This document shows, piece after piece, positions 10,070 through 20,855 of a DNA stretch of 64,000 bases. Position 1 is the first letter of the stretch. Each line of letters begins with the position of its first letter. Below the pieces are notes generated by a model. The model saw only the letters and a list, made by a program, of their open reading frames with translations. It ran no database searches and was not told the DNA's origin. A program made the position numbers and the translations under genes. This DNA is from Candidatus Bathyarchaeia archaeon (GTDB taxonomy: Archaea; Thermoproteota; Bathyarchaeia; Bathyarchaeales; Bathycorpusculaceae): NCBI GenBank assembly GCA_050012255.1, contig JBEKHN010000006.1, positions 1 through 64,000 on the forward strand, read 5' to 3'.

Positions 10070-10996
10070 ATGGGTTTAATGGCAGTCTTTAGAGCCGACT
10101 TAACACCTGGGGAAATATGGGATAGAGCCCTCAACCTTGGAGGGAGAAAACTACTCGAAGGCGAACGCGGGAGCTTGATAGAGATTTGTGTGCCGGATGC
10201 TCCAAAAGCCACCGTACAGGTCTTTCCCGGTGGAGGTGTCACCATATTCTGCCCCGATCTCGAGGAACTGCGTAGGTGCGAGACCTGGGTGAACGAGAAG
10301 CTGGGAACGCCTGACAATCCAGCGCCGTTAGGGGTGTCCGTGAAGGTTATGCAACTAGGGGCAAGACCAGCGTATTACAAGTCTCTGAAAGAGATTGAGG
10401 GGATGCTTGAGAAGACTGAGTTCCCGCCAGACATTCAGCCTGATGAGTTTAAGGAGTTCGTTAAATGCGTTTTTGGGACATACTGTGAGGGAAAAGATAT
10501 CGTGATTCCAGCTTTAGCCCAAATAACAGGGCTCGATGAGGAGAAGGTGGAGAGATATCTGGATTTCATGACGAAACTGAATTTCACGCACATGAAGCCG
10601 CCCATATACCAACTTGACAAGATATGGCACATAGGATGCGGGCCAGAGGAGGATCAGCGGATGCGGTGTGAAAGCTTCGAGGGTGCGGGTGGAGCCATAC
10701 TTTTCGAGTCCGGAAAAAGGGTCTTACGCCTTTTCAGGGGACCACTTCCCGAGATACGTGGCATCTGCGAGAGGGTTGGACCATTAGTGACCTGTCCAAA
10801 ATGCAACGTTCTAATTCCATTTCGTCATGGAACTAAAGGACGTTGTCCCAGTTGCGACACCACATACTTTAGAGATCCGTCCTCAGGCAAATTAGTCCGC
10901 CTTAATCTGCTGGAGATACTCTACGAAAACCTCAGCGACCATGAAAATTCTGCCCCGCAGGAGGCCCAGCCAAGTATACGGTTCAATTTTGCGTGA
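10070..10996 (+). CDS. Hypothetical protein with C-terminal zinc ribbon
   Basis: CPKC...CPSC; ATG 10070 follows GGTGA SD. Confidence 0.65.
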   Translation: MGLMAVFRADLTPGEIWDRALNLGGRKLLEGERGSLIEICVPDAPKATVQVFPGGGVTIFCPDLEELRRCETWVNEKLGTPDNPAPLGVSVKVMQLGARPAYYKSLKEIEGMLEKTEFPPDIQPDEFKEFVKCVFGTYCEGKDIVIPALAQITGLDEEKVERYLDFMTKLNFTHMKPPIYQLDKIWHIGCGPEEDQRMRCESFEGAGGAILFESGKRVLRLFRGPLPEIRGICERVGPLVTCPKCNVLIPFRHGTKGRCPSCDTTYFRDPSSGKLVRLNLLEILYENLSDHENSAPQEAQPSIRFNFA

Positions 10997-11066
10997 GGGA
11001 TGAAGCCGCGTGGGTCGCGGGCTCTCTCTATCAGTACTCTTCAAAAGCTTGTAAATAGAGTCGAGA

Positions 11067-11672
11067 GTGCAATTCACTCAACCACGGCCTCTTGCCCCTA
11101 ACATTACCTCCGAGAAGGCGAAAATGTTGGCCGAACCACTTGACGGAAAGCAAAAAGAGAAGCTTAGGATTGAAAAGCTTGTATCTCTGCTTATTACAGA
11201 ACCAAAGACAAGAAGAGGATGGTTTGCGATAGGATATATAATGGTCCTACAAGCGTTAGTTGTTGGAGGCTTGCTTACCAGTTTCATACATGCAACCTCG
11301 GAGATGCACTTGGTGTTAGCCAATACTCTTGCGCAAGTGTTCACTACCCTAGTTGCCACTTTCCTCGCTGTCTACGGTATTCTGTTAAGCTGGCTTCTGG
11401 AAGAGCGAATCGGCAAAATCAAGTTTGCCTTGCCACTGGCAGTTACTCAGTGCAGAAACTTGCTTAAGCCTATCGCTATTTCAATGGGACTTGTGGTCTT
11501 CTTTTCAGTAGTTATAATATTTCTCGTTGAACCAATGTCCTCAAACCCCATAATTGCTACGTCCTTTCTGTTCTTGGTACTCGAGACTGCCACAGTTTCA
11601 ATCTGGTTGTTTATGATTTTTCTAACCAGAATCGTCCGTCTAACTGAGATGGTAGTTCGAGGAGGGGGCTAA
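11067..11672 (+). CDS. Hypothetical membrane protein
   Basis: About four hydrophobic segments. Confidence 0.6.
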   Translation: MQFTQPRPLAPNITSEKAKMLAEPLDGKQKEKLRIEKLVSLLITEPKTRRGWFAIGYIMVLQALVVGGLLTSFIHATSEMHLVLANTLAQVFTTLVATFLAVYGILLSWLLEERIGKIKFALPLAVTQCRNLLKPIAISMGLVVFFSVVIIFLVEPMSSNPIIATSFLFLVLETATVSIWLFMIFLTRIVRLTEMVVRGGG

Positions 11673-11674
11673 AT

Positions 11675-12157
11675 ATGCCAGAGTGCGCCTATTGTGGAAG
11701 ATTTTCGGACTATGGTGTTTGTCCATTTGACGGTATACGCCTCGAGGATTTTAATGCCCGTCGGTGTCCTGGGCCAGATGTACATGACCTTTCAGTGCCT
11801 GATGCCTATCGTCCGCAATACTCCTATTACAGCACAATGGTCGCGTGTCCTTATTGCCGTACTCCTTATTTATACGGAGACCTGAACCCAGACCTAAAAG
11901 CCCAGTTTGATCGAGAGAGGGCAGCTCGTGGTTGTTTCATTGCTACTGCAGCTTACGGCACTCCAATGGCAAAGCAGGTAATAGTTCTCAGGAAGTGGCG
12001 AGACGAGAAACTCATACGGAGCACGGGTGGTAGGGTCTTCGTCCGCTTCTATTACCTGACTAGTCCCCCCATTGCGAGAATCATCAGAAGGTCAGACAGA
12101 CTAAAAGGTTTGATGCGTCGTCTTATAACCCCGATAGTGCGGCATTTTCAACACTGA
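11675..12157 (+). CDS. CFI-box-CTERM domain protein
   Basis: GCFIATAAYGT...VLRKWRD...GRVFVRFYY..SPPIA. Confidence 0.85.
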   Translation: MPECAYCGRFSDYGVCPFDGIRLEDFNARRCPGPDVHDLSVPDAYRPQYSYYSTMVACPYCRTPYLYGDLNPDLKAQFDRERAARGCFIATAAYGTPMAKQVIVLRKWRDEKLIRSTGGRVFVRFYYLTSPPIARIIRRSDRLKGLMRRLITPIVRHFQH

Positions 12158-12170
12158 TGACGCAACGTTC

Positions 12171-12196
12171 TTGAGTGCTGAGCCCGCTAAAGGATT
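12171..12196 (+). repeat. 26-bp direct repeat, copy 1 (follows a stop codon)
   Basis: TTGAGTGCTGAGCCCGCTAAAGGATT; 25/26 identical to 13698-13723. Confidence 0.85.
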
Positions 12197-12349
12197 CAAT
12201 CTTAGTGTGCTATAAATAGCAAGTGTTATTTTCGAGAAGAGCCAGATTACCTAAGGGGGAGCCTCAAACTGGATATAACGGATATCTGGCAGGTAATTGT
12301 TAACCCGCAGATTTGGCCCGTATTTCTGACTTTCTTAGGTGGATACGTA

Positions 12350-13693
12350 ATGATGAATGTGTTCTTTGGCCATGACCGAATGAAAAGCTTCCCGGAGCTT
12401 GAACGCATATTGATAGCTTTAGGGATAGGTTTTCTTTTTGAATTTCTCATCTTCCTTCCTCCCATTACATTAGCAAATTACTGGTACCCCTTCTTGGGAG
12501 AGAATGGTAGCTTCTGGGCAGCAGCTCTTTTCTGTGCTGTAGCGGCTTGTGCTTTGTTTTATGAGATATATGGCGAACGCAGGGAAAGTTTCATTGAAGG
12601 AGCAAAGAAGATTCTGTTGATGTTGATCGCGCCTTTTTCGATTTTCGTGGTGGTTGTCCTAATCATTGGAATATGCGCCATATTCCTATATCCATTCTAT
12701 ATTACAGATCTGATTTCCAGCAGTTGGTCTTCTTTCATGGCGTTAACGCTTCTCTCTTGGGGCATGTTTCTATCTGGCGCATTCTTCCTTTTTGTCTACG
12801 TCCTGAAGTTGTCTCTTAAACAGTCTTTCAGGGAGAAGATGGCTCCACTTTTCAAGAAGCAGGCATTCATCGGCGCCATTTCAATTTCGCTATTGGTAGT
12901 GGCCGCAAGTGCTTCAGTGGTCCCCTTAGACCTTCGATTTCGAGTCTTCACACCTAGTATGGTGACTGGGTCAGAGACGTTCTCCCCAATAATGAGCATA
13001 GACAAAGGGCACTTTATAGACATGTTCATAAGCGCAACCCGAGGCCCAGGCAATAACGTATCGGCGGTGTACCAATACCATGCCCTCCTGAGCACAACGT
13101 ACAATATTTCACTTCCGACAACTAGGCTTTTCTCATCAGTTTATATCAACAACCCAAGCAACGCAAGCTTTTCAATAGGACAGTATTTCCCATCACTTCC
13201 AGATGCAGGAGAGGATTGGAAGAAAATTTATGTAACTGCTCCGGATAATGTCACGTACCAGACGATTCTTAGCAAGACAACAGGGCTCGGAAGCAAGGTT
13301 ACTGGGCTGGTTTTCTCCTTCGGCAACTTTTCAGGAAGTTCCTCGGTCTCAGTCACCTTGACCTATTGGCAAGAAATAGGCCAAAGCGACAACGTGAAAA
13401 TAGAGTACTACAATCTAACCTTCGCTAACCTGGGAAATGGCACATGGACAGAGACACATACTATCCTAATCACAAACGGTTCTAATGACACTCTCATCAT
13501 CCCTGCCATAGAATACGACCGCTTCGCTTTCGATTACGTAATAAGAAACAGCACGAACGTGTATGTGAATGGCAGTTTAGCTCCTTACGCTGAGCTTATT
13601 TCGCTGACTAGATTGGCTACGAGAGTTTGGGTGCCGCCTGGAACAATGTCCAATGTGACTATCTCTTTTCAGACAACGAGGAACCCGGAATAG
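12350..13693 (+). CDS. Multi-pass membrane protein with extracellular Ser/Thr/Asn-rich domain
   Basis: N-terminal TM segments and many NxS/T sequons in the C-terminal part. Confidence 0.7.
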   Translation: MMNVFFGHDRMKSFPELERILIALGIGFLFEFLIFLPPITLANYWYPFLGENGSFWAAALFCAVAACALFYEIYGERRESFIEGAKKILLMLIAPFSIFVVVVLIIGICAIFLYPFYITDLISSSWSSFMALTLLSWGMFLSGAFFLFVYVLKLSLKQSFREKMAPLFKKQAFIGAISISLLVVAASASVVPLDLRFRVFTPSMVTGSETFSPIMSIDKGHFIDMFISATRGPGNNVSAVYQYHALLSTTYNISLPTTRLFSSVYINNPSNASFSIGQYFPSLPDAGEDWKKIYVTAPDNVTYQTILSKTTGLGSKVTGLVFSFGNFSGSSSVSVTLTYWQEIGQSDNVKIEYYNLTFANLGNGTWTETHTILITNGSNDTLIIPAIEYDRFAFDYVIRNSTNVYVNGSLAPYAELISLTRLATRVWVPPGTMSNVTISFQTTRNPE

Positions 13694-13697
13694 ACAG

Positions 13698-13723
13698 TTG
13701 AGTGCTGAGCCCGCAAAAGGATT
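13698..13723 (+). repeat. 26-bp direct repeat, copy 2
   Basis: TTGAGTGCTGAGCCCGCAAAAGGATT, 4 bp after stop. Confidence 0.85.
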
Positions 13724-13810
13724 ACATTTCGGTGCGGCACGGACGGCTGACACAGTTCATAACAATCCACTAGTATAATTGAAAGAACCGAGGAAGGTGT
13801 ACCAGTCAAA

Positions 13811-14383
13811 ATGGATATTGAAAGACTGAGGAAATTCGCAGAATTGAACCTATGCAAAGACTGTTACCAAAAATACTTGGCGTTGATTGAACCCTCCATA
13901 AAGCGTTTCGTTTTCAAACCACTCGCTAATTGGAGAAACGTTGAATCACTCGTCACGCAAATGGTGATGATTCACAAAGGCGTCTTCAAAAGCGACGTAG
14001 TTTATATCTCGCTTGGTGAGGATGCAGAGGAAAAATGTGCGGACAAAGTCGACGTCAAGGCTTTTCGCAAGGTTCAGAAGTGGGGGTTCAAAGAGAAAAT
14101 CAAGTATCTCCATGAACACGGGATCCTACAGGACTCTTCTTACAACCTCTTGTATAGGGTGAGTGGCATCAGAAACAGGATTCACGACTGGCTCCAAGAG
14201 TTCTCTGAGCAAGACCTAGCTCTATTTGGCTGGGCCAGTGCGATAACATCGCAGATACACAGCGCCACAACGATCAAGTGGCCAACCGAAATATCTGCCA
14301 ACATCAAGTCCAACGCTGAGAAAACTGCGGAATGGTTACTGAAGAATTATCCACTTCGTAATGCCATCCATTCACTGCCGTAG
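13811..14383 (+). CDS. Hypothetical protein (weak HEPN-like RNRIH motif)
   Basis: 190-aa helical ORF. Confidence 0.6.
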   Translation: MDIERLRKFAELNLCKDCYQKYLALIEPSIKRFVFKPLANWRNVESLVTQMVMIHKGVFKSDVVYISLGEDAEEKCADKVDVKAFRKVQKWGFKEKIKYLHEHGILQDSSYNLLYRVSGIRNRIHDWLQEFSEQDLALFGWASAITSQIHSATTIKWPTEISANIKSNAEKTAEWLLKNYPLRNAIHSLP

Positions 14384-14974
14384 AACTTGCTGCGAATCCT
14401 CTGGTACGCAAAGGACGCAATGGAGGAATGCAAAAAGTCAGAAAAGAATTGTCTTTCTTGCCTTGAAGGTTTCACCCCAGCTTGCTTGCTGGGAGGATGT
14501 GGAGAGGCGGCCGCACATGCAGGAGTAGCATGTTTTACAGAAAACGGCCTACCGTCCCGGTGAAAAAGTAGTGTGTTCTCGATTGCGTTGAATGGTTGTA
14601 TACACCCCGACAGAAAAAGGGAGGGTTTGGAAGCTTCCAAACTGGAATGATGTCAGCTTGCTGTTTTCTTCTCGATAACGGATTTAGCGATATCTGCGCC
14701 ACGTCTGCCGCTTCGCGCGCGCGAGTGCGTAATCATGGACCTTATGAGGTGTTTGTGAGTAAATACCTCTCTGCCTTTTGAGTGTAGAAAGGCTATGTCT
14801 TTTCATAGGCCGGTTACATTCCGAATGAAGAGAGCAGCAGCTCTTATCATTTTTGCGGCTTGCAGGCCTAGATCTCTATCCGTTTTTTGCTGAGCATGAT
14901 GGTGCCGTTAATCTAAGTTAATAGACCCTAATCTCAAAGAAAAGGCTAGCGTGCGCCCACTCGTGATCCATCTT

Positions 14975-15153
14975 TCAATTTACCTTCGGCCTAATTTTCT
15001 TGGAGGCAAACAACGCTACTGACGATGGCACCATAATAACTACAATCCATGCTATCAAGGTAGGAAATTCGGGGATGACAAATTTAGCGCAAGGATCGCC
15101 TGGGAACTGTTCTACGGGGATATTTTGGCTGGGGAACTTAAAGCTACCTACTA
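14975..15153 (-). pseudogene. C-terminal remnant of a PEF-CTERM-type surface protein
   Basis: VIPEFP + TM helix + basic tail (KKIRPK); frame becomes unrelated at the (GC)4 tract 15154-15161. Confidence 0.6.
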
Positions 15154-15274
15154 GCGCGCGCTCGTATGGGCTCGTTTTCACCGAAGACTTTACAGAACCC
15201 TTATCTGTCATGGCGATTGGCGATAGAAAAATAATCTACGAGCCAAACAAAAATCTATGCAAACGGTTTTTTGC

Positions 15275-15865
15275 CTATGGAATCAACACCCATGTACCTG
15301 CAGTTGAATCATATCGATACCTATTCCAAGCAGCAGACACATCATCAAACTTGAACATGATTTTCTCGAACGCTTCATTGCAACCATAGAATTGTCTCAC
15401 TTCTCTTCGTAGCCAGGCTGGACGATTTGAATACCAACGGTTTAACAAGATATGGGTTAGGTTGTTGAACCCGTCAGACGGATAGCTTGTCCTGAAGTTT
15501 TCAATGACCTCTAGACCTTCAAGATATCCTGGCAGGGCCATTCGGTCTATACTTTCTTCCAGAAGGACTATTATTTGCATATCCTTTATTCCTGCACTTC
15601 CTATCTCTTGATGAACCTTCACCTTATTCTGTGCATTGTATGTGTACAAAACGACGAAAAAATGGCATTGGTTTATGAGCCTCTTGACCTTTTCTTTCCA
15701 TAGAAGCGTACCTGGTTCCTGAAAATATTCGGCAACAAGTGGATTCACGTTATTCCAAGATAGAACTTTCGCGAATATATCTACAATATTCATGTCTTCA
15801 CTAGCATGACTAATAAAGACATTGAAAGGTTGGTCCAACCCAAATTCTGACGTTCTCAGCACCAT
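15275..15865 (-). CDS. TIR domain protein
   Basis: VFISHASED...FFVVLYT...VHQEIG TIR pattern with catalytic-position Glu. Confidence 0.85.
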   Translation of the reverse strand: MVLRTSEFGLDQPFNVFISHASEDMNIVDIFAKVLSWNNVNPLVAEYFQEPGTLLWKEKVKRLINQCHFFVVLYTYNAQNKVKVHQEIGSAGIKDMQIIVLLEESIDRMALPGYLEGLEVIENFRTSYPSDGFNNLTHILLNRWYSNRPAWLRREVRQFYGCNEAFEKIMFKFDDVSAAWNRYRYDSTAGTWVLIP

Positions 15866-16328
15866 TAACTAGTAGGCAGCGTTAGAGATTAACGTTTACT
15901 GACTTACGGAAGCACGCTTTTCCAACCGCGTCAGTTTGTTGATTATTCATCATTGATCTTGCTATTCCCCGAAGTCGTTCCGAGTCGCTGCAACTTCATA
16001 AGACCGCACATGACACTAAAGGGAGGAACACCGTTTGTGAATTACCAAAAATACCTCATCATCCAAGAAAAGCCCCTCTGGTTAATAGACCTCTCAGCAA
16101 AACCCATAAGACCCTAAGGGTTAACAGAACCTAGTCGCCAAACGAGAGTTTACAGGGAGAACAACCAAACAAAGAGTTTACAGAACCTTTTTCTTAATCC
16201 ACCAGTACAAGCACATAGAGTTCAGTTTGGCTGGCGCAAATAGGGCGCGCGCGCCTGCGCACGAATGGTTTAAACCGACGTAAAGCGTAGTTTGCTTAAG
16301 AAGGAAGCCCAAGTAGAGGAGAGCAGTC

Positions 16329-17096
16329 TTGGCGGAACCAAAGCTCGAACTTGATGATTATGTCGATATCGACACGCTCAAGCAAATAGAGGATGATGAA
16401 ACGAAGATTTTGGGATATAATGTAGCCTTTACGAGACTTGACGGTTCGATTATTACACGAGGAAGTGATTATACATCCCGTCGACTCCTCAGTGGAAGCT
16501 GCGCTTTTCTTGCCCGCTTTCCGAACGGCTTTTATGAATGTCAACGTTCGGACGACGAAGCTTGCAAATTTGTCGTCAACAATCGCCGTTCCCTACTGTA
16601 CCGATGTAGAGGAGGTTTCAGTAATTTCGCAATACCAATAGAAATAGATAAGAGAATCATAGCTTGCATGTTCGGCGGGCAGTTTCTTGTTCTTGAGCCT
16701 AAACGCGCAAATCAGAAACAGCATTTCGAAGACTTTTGTCGAGATCACGAAATCCATCTCAGGGAAGGACTTGGCAGAGTTATAAAAGATGGCTTTTTCT
16801 TCAGAGGCGAGCAGATAGACGAGAGTCAAGTGGAAGAGATTGCGAAAACATGCGGTATCGATGTCTCCGAACGAGATGAGTTTGTACGCGTATACAAGAG
16901 AGAGTTCAGTTTACGAAGTGGGAGAGTATTTAATGTCGAAACGTTCATGCGAGATTTCGCGCACCTTGAAGTCATTACGAAGTTATTATCAAGCATCGGT
17001 CAGAAAATTCCCCGCCTAGAAGGAAAAAGCAACTCGGAGTATCGGACACCTCCCAATCATGGAAAGAAAGACGACGGTCCTCTCAAAAGATGGTGA
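16329..17096 (+). CDS. PocR ligand-binding (sensor) domain protein
   Basis: C...ECQRSD...YRCRGGFSNFAIPI...MFGGQF PocR signature. Confidence 0.8.
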   Translation: MAEPKLELDDYVDIDTLKQIEDDETKILGYNVAFTRLDGSIITRGSDYTSRRLLSGSCAFLARFPNGFYECQRSDDEACKFVVNNRRSLLYRCRGGFSNFAIPIEIDKRIIACMFGGQFLVLEPKRANQKQHFEDFCRDHEIHLREGLGRVIKDGFFFRGEQIDESQVEEIAKTCGIDVSERDEFVRVYKREFSLRSGRVFNVETFMRDFAHLEVITKLLSSIGQKIPRLEGKSNSEYRTPPNHGKKDDGPLKRW

Positions 17097-17406
17097 ACGC
17101 AAATTGGACAATGATGATCAAAAACCTCATTATGATACCGTGGCCTCGGCCTTTCTGGGAGTCTCAAGCACAATGATGGCAATCATTGGAAGTTTGTTAC
17201 CATTTCTAAAGATCCAAAAAGCTTTGAGCAACGCGCAGTCTTTTCTTTTTGTTTCAGTGATAGTTTTTCTCATTACGACAATCGTAGCCAGCACATTAAG
17301 CCTAATGGAGCGAAACGATACTCGGTTCAAAAGAGTTCTTTGCAAGATATCCGCGATCCCGTTGATAATTTCCACGGTAATCCTTGTCGTGATAATATTG
17401 ATTTGA
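17059..17406 (+). CDS. Small membrane protein
   Basis: Three hydrophobic segments; start uncertain. Confidence 0.55.
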   Translation: MERKTTVLSKDGERKLDNDDQKPHYDTVASAFLGVSSTMMAIIGSLLPFLKIQKALSNAQSFLFVSVIVFLITTIVASTLSLMERNDTRFKRVLCKISAIPLIISTVILVVIILI

Positions 17407-17411
17407 ACTGG

Positions 17412-17587
17412 TAGCGCGCATGCTTGTTCCGAAATTGGCTAAAAATGGTTTTTATTCTTCTTGTGGGGTTTGGGACACTTTCAGGTATCGTGCATGTCCA
17501 TGCCTTTTATGACAAGCAACTCTTCCCGAAATGCGAGAGCGGAATTAAAACCATTTTTGACCATTTTAGGAACACGCATGCGCGCTA
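17412..17587. mobile_element. 176-bp MITE-like unit with ~46-bp imperfect terminal inverted repeats
   Basis: TAGCGCGCATGCTTGTTCCGAAATTGGCTAAAAATGGTTTTTATTC ... GAATTAAAACCATTTTTGACCATTTTAGGAACACGCATGCGCGCTA. Confidence 0.7.
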
Positions 17588-17675
17588 AGCGTTGGTCATG
17601 AGGTGATACCTTAGATGAGCAGGAAAAAGATATCAGGAGGTATTTTCAACTGAATCAGCAGGGAGGGCGCTATGT

Positions 17676-19229
17676 TTGCGAAAGTGGCTGTCAAATCGGT
17701 GGAGAAGCCTTAAGAGCGCATTGTCATTCTTCAGACAGATTCAGACCCCGATCTCAATTGTAACTGCGATCGGGTATGTAGGTTCGGTTGCGTGGACCGT
17801 CGTAGAATTCTTGGGAGGGAACCACGATGAAGCACTTATGGGTGGTTTTATAGGCTTTTCCACGAGCACAGCGATTGCAGTTGCTGGTCTGTCAAGCTAT
17901 GTTAAGATAGTCAGAGAAAGTCTAGACAAAACAATGAAAGAAGTGAGTCAGACTGCACTTCACGCAATTCACGGTATTCATATACAAATGGAAAAATTGG
18001 AACCCGAATTGGCCGACATACTAATGGAACAAATGACTGACACACGAAGAGTTGCCCAGCAAATGGAGTCCTTTGTTGAAAATGAAGAATGTGAACTTTC
18101 TGTCGATTGCGCAATCGAACTGCTGACCAGATACACAGAGACTTGCACGTCAAGTATTTGGGCGACTACATTTTATGATCTGAGTAGTTGGTACGACAGT
18201 CTAGAATGGTATGAATATAGGAAGGCACAGAGAGAAAAGGTCGAAGAGGCAAAAAACAGAAGAACAAAATTCAGGCTGGTCAGGATATTTCCTCTGACTG
18301 AACAACAAATGCTCGATGATCGAATACGCATCAATATGCAGCTTCAGGCCGAATATGGCATAGAGGTACGTCTAATGGAACTGACCCAGAAGATAACTGT
18401 AAGGGATTTCGTGATATTTGATTCCAAGAAAGCCATTGAAGTACTTCAAAGAGATGAGGTAGGCCCACACGGCGAGCACAGATACTTGGCGAAGGTAACA
18501 TCGCGAAAATCGACAATCAACTCCTTCGCCACTGAGTTTAGGAGAATGGAGCAACGCACGAGGATTTTCAAGAAACCAGAGGATTTGATGAATTATAAGC
18601 CGACTGAATCCATGAAAAACTTCCAGAAACTCTTGACTATTATTCAAGAGACTTTGGACAACGGCGTAGATGTTTGTGCGACAAACATGAGCGACATAAG
18701 AGGTCTCCAAAGCGAGATGTACGAACTCTTGTTCATACTGAATAGAAAATCCCTTGGAAAGAAAACACAGCCCGCTGAGGTGGCCCGTAAAGCAAAGAGA
18801 GGGAGAATAAGGAGGATATTTGTTGCCGAGCAAAAGAAGTTAAATGAAGACGCGAGACTTCTGGACATCCTACGAGCGACACTGGAAACCAACATCAACT
18901 CAGGAATAGATGTCTATGTCCTTTTCAGAGATGACCCAAGAGTAAGCCCTGTGGAACTACAAGATTTTCTTGTCGGGGAGAACAATTTTCTGTTTGTGAA
19001 CTATGATCCAGGTTTTGGGTATGAGGATTTCTCTACAAATAAGTTCTGTGTTGTGCCTGATATACCTAGCGATGCAAAAGAGAAGAATATACTCATATAT
19101 ACGAAATCTGGTGGTAGATCTGCTGCCATAGACAACTATCAGAGGGTCTTCGAAGAGTATCTGAAACTCGCCCATAAAGTGACAAGAAGAAACTTGCCTG
19201 AATTCGTCAATGCTCTTCAGAAAGTATAG
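17676..19229 (+). CDS. Two-TM protein with two tandem DUF6879-like domains
   Basis: Repeated AT...R(L/I)xRIF...DF(V/L) pattern in both halves; family name from memory. Confidence 0.55.
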   Translation: MRKWLSNRWRSLKSALSFFRQIQTPISIVTAIGYVGSVAWTVVEFLGGNHDEALMGGFIGFSTSTAIAVAGLSSYVKIVRESLDKTMKEVSQTALHAIHGIHIQMEKLEPELADILMEQMTDTRRVAQQMESFVENEECELSVDCAIELLTRYTETCTSSIWATTFYDLSSWYDSLEWYEYRKAQREKVEEAKNRRTKFRLVRIFPLTEQQMLDDRIRINMQLQAEYGIEVRLMELTQKITVRDFVIFDSKKAIEVLQRDEVGPHGEHRYLAKVTSRKSTINSFATEFRRMEQRTRIFKKPEDLMNYKPTESMKNFQKLLTIIQETLDNGVDVCATNMSDIRGLQSEMYELLFILNRKSLGKKTQPAEVARKAKRGRIRRIFVAEQKKLNEDARLLDILRATLETNINSGIDVYVLFRDDPRVSPVELQDFLVGENNFLFVNYDPGFGYEDFSTNKFCVVPDIPSDAKEKNILIYTKSGGRSAAIDNYQRVFEEYLKLAHKVTRRNLPEFVNALQKV

Positions 19230-19256
19230 CGGACAACCACTGGTATATCCTGAAAA

Positions 19257-20492
19257 TCATTGCTTTTTCTCCGCATGATACGCGATCAAGGATTTGACAT
19301 AGTTTTCAACTTCATCCCCTAGCTCAGGTGGCAAGGAACGAAGCTGGGTCCTAGGTCTGCAAATCAATCCGTTGTATCGTCGATCCTTTCCATTTCTCCT
19401 GATCCTGCGGGCGCGAGCGCTTTCCCAAAGTTCTTTGAGAGTCTTTTTCTCCGCACCAACAAGAGAACCTATCCTTTCTTCGAACAATCCACCAGGACAT
19501 GGATAGACTTCTCCTCTGACATTAGCGTACAGTGCAAAGTTTCGCTGTCTGCAGACATGTCCGCCTGCAAAAGCTGAGACTCCTTCAAATTTGATTTTGT
19601 TTCTTGGGTTCATATTCCACCAATAAATCCTTTTCCAGAGGTCTATTTTCTCTTTTCTACAAACGTCATAGACTTCGCGTTGTTCATCCCATTTTGTCTT
19701 TCCACAGGGTATGAAGGTGACTACGAGCGGATATATATTGAGCCTTCTGAAATGAGCATACATCCTGAGAATCTCCTCGTAGTTTCTGTATTTTCCTCCC
19801 AAGACAAGAATGTCCGCTCCCAATCTGGTAGGGTTGCTCCTGTTTAGTCCGACCTCTATAAGCCTTTCAATGCAGAGCTTGCTAAACCGTGTAAAGTCAT
19901 ATCGCTCTCCTTCCTTCTGGCTGATGACTATCCGTTTTCCTTTGAAGAAGAACTTGGGCAAGCCGACGATGCGGTTTTGAAGTTCGCCTTTCAGACTGTT
20001 AACCTTGACTATGACCGAGACATCCAGGTCGCCCAAGAGGCTAGCCAAGTCGCTGCCACTCATACCGTAAATTTGATTTGAGAGTCTATCGTCTCCTATT
20101 ACATGCCCTGCTGTGAAAACCAGAGGAATCATTCCTAATCTGTGAACATACCTGAGAACTTTCAGGAACTGCCGATCTTCAAAAGGCTCGCCTTGACCCA
20201 CAAAGTGAATGGACTTACAGCCAAGTGCTTTTGCCTGCTCGATGATCTTCGTTGCCTGCGGTAGACTGATCTTGGGCAGGCCTCGGTCGCGCACGTCTTC
20301 TCTTCTAAAGCAATAGCCACAATTCAGGCTGCACTTGATTCCCCACTCGAAATCAAGCATAAGCATTCTGTCGGTGTTTTCAGCTTTTCTGATCTCTTCT
20401 TCTGAAAACGTCCATCCGCGTATACCATTAATGTATCTTGGTCGGAACGTAGCAACACCCCTTTCGCTTTCAATAGAATTACTTACGTGCAT
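19257..20492 (-). CDS. Radical SAM protein with SPASM/Twitch-like C-terminus
   Basis: CSLNCGYC, GQGEPF, C-terminal C...GEVYPC. Confidence 0.88.
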   Translation of the reverse strand: MHVSNSIESERGVATFRPRYINGIRGWTFSEEEIRKAENTDRMLMLDFEWGIKCSLNCGYCFRREDVRDRGLPKISLPQATKIIEQAKALGCKSIHFVGQGEPFEDRQFLKVLRYVHRLGMIPLVFTAGHVIGDDRLSNQIYGMSGSDLASLLGDLDVSVIVKVNSLKGELQNRIVGLPKFFFKGKRIVISQKEGERYDFTRFSKLCIERLIEVGLNRSNPTRLGADILVLGGKYRNYEEILRMYAHFRRLNIYPLVVTFIPCGKTKWDEQREVYDVCRKEKIDLWKRIYWWNMNPRNKIKFEGVSAFAGGHVCRQRNFALYANVRGEVYPCPGGLFEERIGSLVGAEKKTLKELWESARARRIRRNGKDRRYNGLICRPRTQLRSLPPELGDEVENYVKSLIAYHAEKKQ

Positions 20493-20744
20493 TCTTGATT
20501 CTGGGTTTCAATCTTCCTTCCTTTTTGTTAATGTGATAATGTAATAACTCTTCTTATTTTAGAGTATTGATTTATGACCCACTCACTGCTGTGACACGAT
20601 GATGGCCCACGCTTATTTGAGCGCGCGCGCTACCTGGAAAAGAAGGGTGATCGGAGACCAAAGCCTCGAGCTGGAAGAAGGGCAGCCCGTAGAAAGTAAC
20701 CGAGGAGTTCCGTTGGTCTGTCCATTAGGGTAGCCGAGCAACGG

Positions 20745-20855
20745 AGCCGTATCGGACCGAAGAGACGGACCGTTATGGGACCGTGAGACGGACCGTTACT
20801 GGACCGTGAGAAAACCGATTAGAAAACCGAGGGCTGGTCCATATCGGAAACCGTG
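20745..20855. repeat. Phased ACCG / 23-bp tandem repeat cluster (iteron-like)
   Basis: GAGACGGACCGTTATGGGACCGT / GAGACGGACCGTTACTGGACCGT; ACCG roughly every 11-12 bp. Confidence 0.75.

Noticed and set aside
20745-20855. CRISPR array
   Set aside because: Repeats are contiguous with no unique 30-40-bp spacers, and no cas genes are present
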